Assembly: GCA_000091205.1 (NCBI GenBank)
Contig: AP006502.2
Strand: one strand, 5' to 3'
Source of the DNA: Cyanidioschyzon merolae
Lineage: Eukaryota
DNA length: 64,000 nt
The notes under the pieces: generated by a model
Database searches by the model: none
Seen by the model: only the letters and a program-made list of their open reading frames with translations
What the model was told of the DNA's origin: nothing
Shown here: positions 1 through 8,340 of the stretch, one piece after another
Layout of the letters: every line of letters starts with the position of its first letter
Numbering within the stretch: the first letter of the stretch is position 1
Translations under genes and position numbers: made by a program

Positions 1-879
1 CCCCCCATTTCCCCCCATATCACTCCGGCCGGTTGGTCAAAGCGGAAAAGCGTCTGTTAATTCTATGTCTATTGTTTCAGATTCAATAGTGAATTTCCAT
101 CCGCGCTACAGCCGGAATTTATGCCATCTGTACTTGCGACCTCTGGCCCAGCAGAAGTACTACCGAATCTATGTTGCGATACTTTCTCTTTACATATGTA
201 TGTGTAGGAGCATCGCTTGGATTAACAGTATCATTAGGGAATTCTCTCCAGTTCTACCTTTGTTCACAAAACTTTCTAGTTTCCGGCTATCCCAGGTTGC
301 CTGATCGATATTTGCTCTCGGTGCGGCGTCTATTTTTTCGAGCATTATTTTGAGCTGCCGTCGCTGTTCCCCACTCTCGTCTGCACTCTTCTGTTTTTAC
401 ATATTATCGTGCATCGGTAACGAGCCTTGAGCACTCGCCGTGGCATCTCCGTCGCTGGTGTGGATGCACTACGGAAACAGATCAGCTTTCGCTTACCACT
501 AAGCGTTTCGGAATGTGCTCGTTGCTCGCGACACGAAATTGAGACTTTTCATATATGCTGGGTGTCTCCAAGCTGGACAGGCAGTCTCTCTGCTGCGATG
601 GTGCGACGCGGTCTACTATTCGTCTACCGCAATCTATGTGACGCTTTGACTCTAAAAAGCAGATCCAATTTCCAGAATCTATCTTTTTTCGAATGAGATT
701 CTAAGGTGGGTTACATCACTCGCAAAATTGTGGTCACCTGGAGTAGAGGCTGGTAAAGTCTCGCTGCTCGCCGACCCTCCTCCTAAATGTAATTGTTTGA
801 CCATACGCGAATACTTCATTCTGTTAACGTCTACAGTCAGTGGCGTTTGTACTTGCTATTCCGTTTTTCGATATTGTCT

Positions 880-3415
880 CTCTTTGGTATTTTCTATATC
901 GTCCGCCCTGGTAGCGCATCGCGAATTCTTGCCGTTACGTCACACTCTGTGCGTCTCGCCGATCATGGGGAACGTGTTAATGACCTCTTCTAGAGCGACT
1001 GCTCCATTGGGGCCACTTGCATTTTTAATTGAATGGTAGCAAAGTATTGTTTTGTATTCAATGGCGTTTCTAACTTCTAGTAAGAGTATTCAACTGATTC
1101 TCGCCATTCAACGCAGAGGTGTCCGACGAGTTTTTTACTAAAAAATGTCAGACTTTTGTAATTTTAGGTTGTGTGTTATGGAGGGCCGTTGTCGCCGAGT
1201 ATCGGGAAAAAAGGTGACAGAGTAGCTAATTCCAGAGGACTAGGAAAAGAAGTGGAAGCGAAATGGGGAGGTGCTACGACGAACGCTGCAGTAGTTTCGT
1301 GTCTATGTCGATATGGTTGTGGAATCCTGTCGTCTCCAACATATCAATGATCCGTACGACTGAACGCTCCGAGACGCAATCAGAAACCGCGTCGACTTGC
1401 ACTCCAGGAATGTTTGTTACTCTTTTTTAGGACTTACGCTTTTCGTGAGCGAGCTGCATCGCGACGTAATGCACATCGCAAAAGTGATTCTTCCGGAATA
1501 CTTTATCAAAAAAGACTTTCATCAACCACCTGATTGCTCGCAATGGGGGCGCATCAAAGAGAACTGGGCGGGCGGATGCCTACGTCAAAATTTACGACAA
1601 GTACAGCATCAACGGTGCTGGACACAGGGGTGACGCAGATATTTACGAATACAGGGCTTTAGGTGCCTCACGAATGTGAGGAACCATATGATCCTAATCC
1701 TCGATTGTATCACGATATGCGTTGTCATTGCGCTGTACCCGGGCCTGTTTCGCGAAGGGATACCGGTAATCATCGATGGTATGAAGAACGATCGCCAGCA
1801 TGAACAGAAGATCATATTTGTCGACAAGGGAACATCACGCTGGAGAATAAATAGGTATTCTGTTATCCGCCCAAGTATTCAAAAGCGTCGTTCGGTCTCG
1901 GGACTTGTCAACCCAAGAGAAAAACCTGTCATGTATGGAAAATATGAAGAGAGATGTTCCTTCCTCATCTTGCCCTACTTCATGGTTTTTGGATCGAGAT
2001 CTCGAACGCAGGGCCGAAATGGAGCTGAGTATGGATACAATGGAGTATTGGAGAGTTGGCACTGAAGAACTCCTCCAGTTGCGCTTTATTCGACCGGTTA
2101 TGCGAATTCCAGTCACATGTTTTGATTTTTGACTTTAGAGTTCTTTTCGCCTTCATGGAAGAGGTTTATCCAGTGCCCGATGGATGCGACAGAGACGTAA
2201 CCGGCGAAGACCGGGATACCTACTAGACGCGGAAGTTCGAGCTCAAGCGTCCGAAACCGGCCAGTAAAAGGTATTCACCGGGGCCATGGATAACGATCGG
2301 GTATACATATATGTACACTTTCAGCGGTAGCAGGCATTTGTCCCATCCCGTCTTCTTTACCGCCCTCGCCGAAGCACGGAAACAGGAAGGCCGGCCATGG
2401 GATATATAATCCCCACGAGGACGACCTCGTCGTCGGCCTCAAACCCTGGAATACTGATTTTATAACCATCGTTGTTACAAGCGTTCGGAATATTTTACTG
2501 AATGTAGCTTACGTCGGAATGACAGGCGTCTTTTGAGGTTCTAGAGATCGACGTTCTACCCAGAAGCGGGAATCGTGAATACGAGGAAGAAAATTGAGAC
2601 TTGGGATGCAAAAGTGGAAGAGCATCTCGAAGTTGTGAGCGAGGTGAAGAGCCGAGGAGCGGATTTTCAGGCTTTTCAAGATTTCATGGATGTTCGTTTT
2701 GCTCATTGGGATGCGCTGTGGAAGGAGTATACAAAGCCCCGGTGGGCTTTTCTACGTGCGAATCTATACTGTCGGAAGCAGCATGCATTCGCGGACTTTT
2801 TCAATGAGTTGAGCTCCTTGAAGGAGAATGAAAGTCTGAGGCTCGTAGTAGCATATTGAGCATGGAGCTGGGCGTCGAGAAAGGGGACTACGCGTGCCCC
2901 AACGACAAGGACATTCAAAAAGTGTGCACGGCGTCTCGTTACGGTAACTGTAGATGAATTTGGAGCTTCGTATACACACCACGAGCTGTGATGTACACTC
3001 CACAGGGGCGAGATGGAAAAGTGCCAACGGAACCCTGAGGAAATAGCAAAGTACGGACCGCTGACGGAAGAGCAAATGGAAATGAGGGCAAAAGTTCGTG
3101 GACTCCTTGCATTAGTAGGTACAACGAACGATGGCGAGAAACGGATGGAGTTCGTGAACCGAGACTTTAACGCCGCTATCAGTATCAGTAGATGTGCGGT
3201 GCTGGAGAAGAGACTTGCAAAGTAGACAAGAGACAACTTTGTTGGACAACCTCACAAAGCCGAACTATATGAGAGCAAGTTGGAAGCAGTAGTGGGTGGC
3301 CGGTCGAAAACGGCGGGGAGGCGTCTGCACATCAGCTGGAGACGTTATGTCTCGGGCGCCGGTGGCCACTACTGTGCACGACCGGCGTTGTTCGACTTAG
3401 TACGGCGTTTCGCCG
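880..3415 (+). mobile_element. Fanzor/TnpB-like element, copy 0: 5'-eroded and internally deleted (~330 bp missing between ~2130 and ~2460)
   Basis: Nucleotide and protein similarity to copies 1-4. Left-end-like sequence from ~900, ORF1-like fragments at 1397-2132, and the RuvC-II/III part at 2462-3225 (ORFs 2575..2859 and 3013..3225 end in VNRDFNAAISI). The conserved 3' tail ends ~3415. Confidence 0.55.
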
Positions 3416-3520
3416 CGTAAGCTTCGCGAACCAGATCATCAGGAAACTTCAGGGCGCCGCGCTTAACTCGAAGTGCGCCGTACCTTCGGACTTGCTCGGA
3501 ACATCCGATGCGGATGAAGC

Positions 3521-5401
3521 CTAGCCACAGGCACGACAACCACTTTGGGACGCGTCGCTCGAGCGTGGCAGAGTGATTGCTGGATTTTCATCAAAAAATC
3601 CGTATGGCTGTAGCATGAAGCCAGTGCTCATTGCCGGCTGCACTGGAAAGTCCTCCGGTCTCGGCAAGTGATGAATGCCGAACACGTGCCAGAGCACAAG
3701 ATCCGTATCCTCGATGCATCGATTCTGAGACACAAATCGAAGGATGCCGTCCTGTCCGTCCGAGAGATTCACGAATTCACCAGCTGGAAAGCGCTCTTCC
3801 GGATCATAGGCTGTCACCCACAAATGACGACGGATAAAGCCGGAGCGCTGTCCAGAGGGTGAGTCCGGGTCAAGGAACGGCGTGAGCGGATGTGCCGGTT
3901 CTAGTTTGTAGGCGACTGGCATATTAACACGATTCTTTTTGTTCGGATTCAACACTTTCCAATACCGGTGGCTGGCAGGATTCGCACAGCGACATGCCTC
4001 CAGCTCTGTTCGTAGCGGCGTCTCGGTGACGTAGTACGCATTCCCGTAGGGATTCGCAGCTGCATCCTCTGCTCGCGTATTACACTCTACAACAGAGTTG
4101 CGATCCCCGTCTACGCTGAGGTCCATCCGCACGCAGAAGTAATGCTGGTGAATGTGTCCTTCGACGCCAGGCATAACCTCAGTACCGTAGCGGCTCGGTC
4201 TGCCCGGCTCGCAGGCCACAGTGTTGATGACGCCAGTAGCCCGCATTTCGTACTCAATGGCGCCGTCCTGACGAAAATACCAGTATGAGGCGTACTCGTA
4301 ATTGCAAACCGTTGAAATGCTGGAGATGACGAGGCGTCTACCGCGCCGCGTTTCTGCACGGTCGGTGCGGAAATCCCAGTGCTTCCAGAGCAGGCCGGCA
4401 TCCTCTTCGTGAATGCAGATGGCGTTTGGTATGGTCAACGGCTCGCCGTGCATCGTGGCAATGTGGGCGTCCAAATAAACCACGCAACCGGTACAATCAC
4501 AATTCATCCGTAGCGAGTTCGCTAGCTTACCGATCCCGTACTCCCCAATATCAAAAACATTCTTTCGAAAGTGGGGCTCCACTGGCGTGCCGTACGGCAC
4601 GACCATCTCCACCAGGGAGAGCCTGCGAGCCACTGGGCGTCCAGCAAACCGAATATCATGCAGCGTGATACCCTCGCGTGCATTGAAACCAATCACCAGA
4701 GACCATTGATCCCAGGCAATTGAATGATCGTTCAGGACAAAGCTCGGTCCCTCGTCCTGCACAATGCGCAGCGGCTTCAAGGGCTTGCGAATATCAGTTC
4801 TCAGATTAGGTTCGTAATTGCATTCCGTTCGCGGTACGGGGATATTCTGCAGATCATAAACTTTGAGCACTTTATTGCCCAGGACATCCACCATCGCGTA
4901 AAGTCCTTCAACTGGGTGTGCATAGAGGTTGTCATCGGCATGATTCCGTACCCAGCAGAAAGCCAACGCAAGGTGGTGATCCTTCTCCTCAACGGAACCG
5001 AACGCCCCTGCCGACCACGGATCAATACAAACTAGACTCATGTCTTCGATACCGTGTTTCCTGCACGCAGCCTGGAACTCCGGACACGCCCGTACAGCTT
5101 CTTCTATAGCAGTGAACTGTTCAAGCTGGAGCATAGGGCGAGCGTTCGGGTAGTACTTTTTGGCGATTACGATCTCTTGCGAGAGCGAAACGATCAGCTT
5201 CCACACGCCAATAGAGCTTCTTCGGAAGATGAAGACCTCGGCCTCACGTTCGGTGGGCTTGCCGGCCACCCAGAGCTCTTTGGGTGGCTCGTGGAGCTGA
5301 ATTCGCTCAAAGAGCGGTTCCTCTGGGAAAGGTGCGCCCTGGCGGCCGATGCTGGCAGCACGTAAAATCTCCGCTGGCGTGAGCGGCGTCAACGGGTGCA
5401 T
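3521..5401 (-). CDS. Copper-containing amine oxidase (topaquinone enzyme), single exon, 627 aa from first ATG
   Basis: Uninterrupted 644-aa ORF in the track, but its start is TTG; the first ATG is at 5401. The product contains the TPQ consensus ...TVCNYEYASYWYF... and the His-x-His copper ligand motif (GHIHQHYFCVRMD) typical of copper amine oxidases. Confidence 0.85.
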   Translation of the reverse strand: MHPLTPLTPAEILRAASIGRQGAPFPEEPLFERIQLHEPPKELWVAGKPTEREAEVFIFRRSSIGVWKLIVSLSQEIVIAKKYYPNARPMLQLEQFTAIEEAVRACPEFQAACRKHGIEDMSLVCIDPWSAGAFGSVEEKDHHLALAFCWVRNHADDNLYAHPVEGLYAMVDVLGNKVLKVYDLQNIPVPRTECNYEPNLRTDIRKPLKPLRIVQDEGPSFVLNDHSIAWDQWSLVIGFNAREGITLHDIRFAGRPVARRLSLVEMVVPYGTPVEPHFRKNVFDIGEYGIGKLANSLRMNCDCTGCVVYLDAHIATMHGEPLTIPNAICIHEEDAGLLWKHWDFRTDRAETRRGRRLVISSISTVCNYEYASYWYFRQDGAIEYEMRATGVINTVACEPGRPSRYGTEVMPGVEGHIHQHYFCVRMDLSVDGDRNSVVECNTRAEDAAANPYGNAYYVTETPLRTELEACRCANPASHRYWKVLNPNKKNRVNMPVAYKLEPAHPLTPFLDPDSPSGQRSGFIRRHLWVTAYDPEERFPAGEFVNLSDGQDGILRFVSQNRCIEDTDLVLWHVFGIHHLPRPEDFPVQPAMSTGFMLQPYGFFDENPAITLPRSSDASQSGCRACG

Positions 5402-6072
5402 AATAGAGGTGTCCTGCCTCTTGTGCAGTAGTGCAAAGACAACACGAGCAACCAAGATTACCTCGGTTGCGCTTCAAGGCGCCTCAGCGTCTACCGTACC
5501 AAGCACTGCAACGGTAACCGGGAGCAATGCAGGAATGAATTCCGTTGAGCGATCAACTTGCGACATAGATGTACAGAACGTACAGGAGCAATCTGGGTGT
5601 CGGACACGTCTCCTTCATCGAGCGGGGAGGCGTCTCGCGCAGTGCACGCATCGCTCTTGGTGAGCGTATACCTGGGAAATCAGGCAGTCAACTGACACGA
5701 TGCGTATGCCATTGAAGGGAAACGCGATCCTGATCAGTAGGGTGTTGTTGAACCGGAAAAAGTTGGATTTCAATTCAGGTCGTAGCCAAGAACATTTTTC
5801 ACTTCGTATTTGTTTCAACCTTCAAACAAGTCTAGACAAGTGGTTTTTCGCAGTATATAACAGAAGCGTTCAAAGAGCGTTGTTTTTTTAAAAAAAAAAC
5901 CTAAAAATGGAAAGCTTTGAGAAAGCAAGCTGACGATCCTGGAGGGCTAGGGTCGCCGGCCGCTAGAGACAAACAAAAAGCAGTACCGAGTCCAGAAGAA
6001 AAGGAAGAGAAGAAGAACCGAAAGCGGGAGGCCCTACGTCGGAGGCGGCAAGAAACATGACTGTAGAACGAG

Positions 6073-8267
6073 ATGGAGGTGAAAACCTTTCTTCTTGGAC
6101 GTATAAAGGATCCCTACAGGGAAAAGTTGCGAGAATCTATCGAAAAACGTGTCGACTCGTACTCCTTGAGGATTATGAAGGTTTCTTCATAACTATTCCA
6201 TTTGGTGAAGGAGATGTGTCGCGACGTAACCTAGATGGAAATGGTGGACATTCCGGACAAGTTTTTCGATAAGACCTTTATTCGTCACTTGATGCTTGGC
6301 ACAGAGAAAGCGCGGAAGGAAAATGAGCGGGTGTATGCGCTCCACGAAAAACATCCCTTTTACAGCTTCAAGGGTACTCGGTACAAGGGTGACCGGGATG
6401 TTTACGACTATGGGGCGATGAAGTACCTCACGAACCTGAAGAACCATTTGACAGAGAACCTCGAACGTTCCATGATACGCGCCGTGTTTGCGCTGTACCC
6501 TGGCATCGCTCGCAAAGGAAAATGGGCGATTACCAATGGCGTCACGAACGATCGCAAGCATGAAGATGCTATCGAGCTCGTCGACAAGAAGACATCACGT
6601 AAGCGAAAGAATGAAGCTTCTGTAATCCGTGCGGCCATACACGAGTACCGTACAGTCTTGGGGTTGGCAAATCCGACAGACAAGATATCAGAGTTGAAAA
6701 AATATAAGGAATGATACTATCGCCTCGTCCTGCGCTATTTTGTGTTTCTGGACCGAGAACTCGAACGCAAGGCAGAGGCGAGGCTGAGTGAGGAAAAAAA
6801 TGAAGAGTGGGAGAGACGGAAGGCTTTCCTAATGGGTAAGCGCTTCAACGTCGTTCCAACGTGCAAGATCAAGTGACATTTGTAACTATCGACTCTAGAA
6901 TCCTTCACGCCATCATGAAGGAGATCAGTCCGGAGTTCAGTGTCAGCAAGGAGAAGTTCTCCGGTGAAAACCGGGAGAGGTACTGGAAGAATATCTTCGA
7001 TTTCAAACGCTTGAGAGTGAGCAAGGAAACGTTGTTCACCGGGATGTTTGAAACCGATGGAGTAGCCTAGTGTGTACACTATCGGCGGTTCAAGAAAGAT
7101 CGTCCTGGTCCGCCGTCGGCTGTGCCCGTGACGAAGGATGAAGAAAAGAATGAGGCGGATCCTGCGACGCAGGAGGTGGAGGAGAACGAACTTATCTTTG
7201 ACGCGGCGAATCATGAAGATGAGGAGGAGGCGGATCCTGTGACGCAGGAGGTGGAGGAGAACGACCTTGTCGTTGACGTGGCGAAGCATGAAGGAAAGAA
7301 GGAGGCGGATCCTACAATGCAGAAAACGCAGGAGAACGACTTTGTCGTTGGTGTGGACCCTGGAAATACGAATATCATAACCATCGCAGCACCCAAGCGC
7401 GCGGAAGATGGTGCTGATGGTAACTTGCGTCGGAAAGACATGCGTCTTTTGAGGTTCTCAAGAGCTAGATATTACTGAGAATCCGGTGTAATGTATGCAA
7501 GGAAGAAAACCGAGAAATGGAATTCAGGAATGAAAGATCACCTAAAAGCTTTGAGCGAAGTGACGAGCCGAGGAACCGACTTTGAAGCTTTTCGGAAATT
7601 CATGGAAGATCGGTTTGCGCATTGGGATGCGCTGTGGGAGGAGTATACCATGCCCCGGTGGGCTTGTTTGCGTATGAATTTGTATTGTGGGAAGCAGCGG
7701 GCGTTCGCCAACTTCTTCAATCAGTTGAGCGCCTTGAAGGAGGACCAGAGTCAGAGGCTTGTAGTAGCGTATGGGGCAGGCCGCTGGAAGACCCAAAAAG
7801 GAACAATGCCACCTCCAACGACAAGAACGCACAAGGAGTGCGCACAACGTCTCTTTACGATACCTGTAGACGAGTTCCGAACATCCTATACACACCATGA
7901 ACTGGGATGTACACTTCAGAAAGTGGAGATGGAAAAGTGTTAGCGGAGCCCTGAAGACATAGCAAAGTACGGTCCTTTGACGGAAGAGGAAACGGAAAGG
8001 AGACCGAAAGTTCGAGGGCTACTCGCATAAGTGAATACAACTAACGGGAAGAAACCGATGGAACTCGTGAACCGGGACTTAAATGCCGCTATCAATATCC
8101 GAAAATGTGCGATGCTGGAGACGAGACCTCCAGAATGGACAAGAGGGAACTTTGTTGGACAACCTCTTGAAGTCGAACTATATGAGAGAAAGTTTGAAGC
8201 AGTAGTCGGTGGCCGGTCCAAAAAGACGGGTAGGCGTCTGCACGTCAGTTGGAGACGTCTTGTCTAG
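6073..8267 (+). pseudogene. Fanzor/TnpB-like (OrfB_IS605 family) nuclease pseudogene, copy 1
   Basis: The ancestral single ORF (~730 aa) is broken by in-frame TAA and TAG in the N-terminal part, TGA at 6715, a 1-nt deletion near 6880, TAG at 7071, TGA at 7479, TAG at 7944 and TAA near 8026. Fragments appear in the track as 6235..6714, 6861..7070, 7122..7478, 7491..7943 and 8031..8267. Confidence 0.7.
7122..7330. repeat. Three tandem ~75-bp (25-aa) acidic repeats inside the Fanzor-like ORF, immediately upstream of RuvC-I
   Basis: [26 protein letters not shown] / [25 protein letters not shown] / [26 protein letters not shown]. The other copies carry 1-2 units. Confidence 0.6.
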
Positions 8268-8340
8268 GGCGGCCCGGACGCCACTACTGTACACGGTCGG
8301 CTTCGTTCGAGTTCAGAACGGCGTTTGGCTGTGGTGTTGA

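Noticed and set aside
6690-6780. Apparent frameshift between the N-terminal (ORF1) and C-terminal (ORF2) parts of the Fanzor-like gene; considered a programmed -1 frameshift (A-rich slippery run; G_GGA_AAA in copy 4) or a short intron
   Set aside because: The copies differ by three independent lesions at this junction: in-frame TGA in copies 1 and 2, a +1 insertion in copy 3, and an 11-nt deletion in copy 4. Removing them restores one continuous ORF (...[29 protein letters not shown]...). Synonymous-site conservation shows both sides are read in one frame. The frame offsets in the ORF track come from a separate copy-specific 1-nt deletion downstream.
6735-7289. Minus-strand ORFs inside the Fanzor-like copies (6735..7289, 7211..7441, 16443..16712, 33043..33717, 57324..57719) rich in R/L/H
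   Set aside because: They are reverse-complement frames of the acidic GAG/GAA-rich repeat. They have no conserved start and are not conserved in frame between copies.
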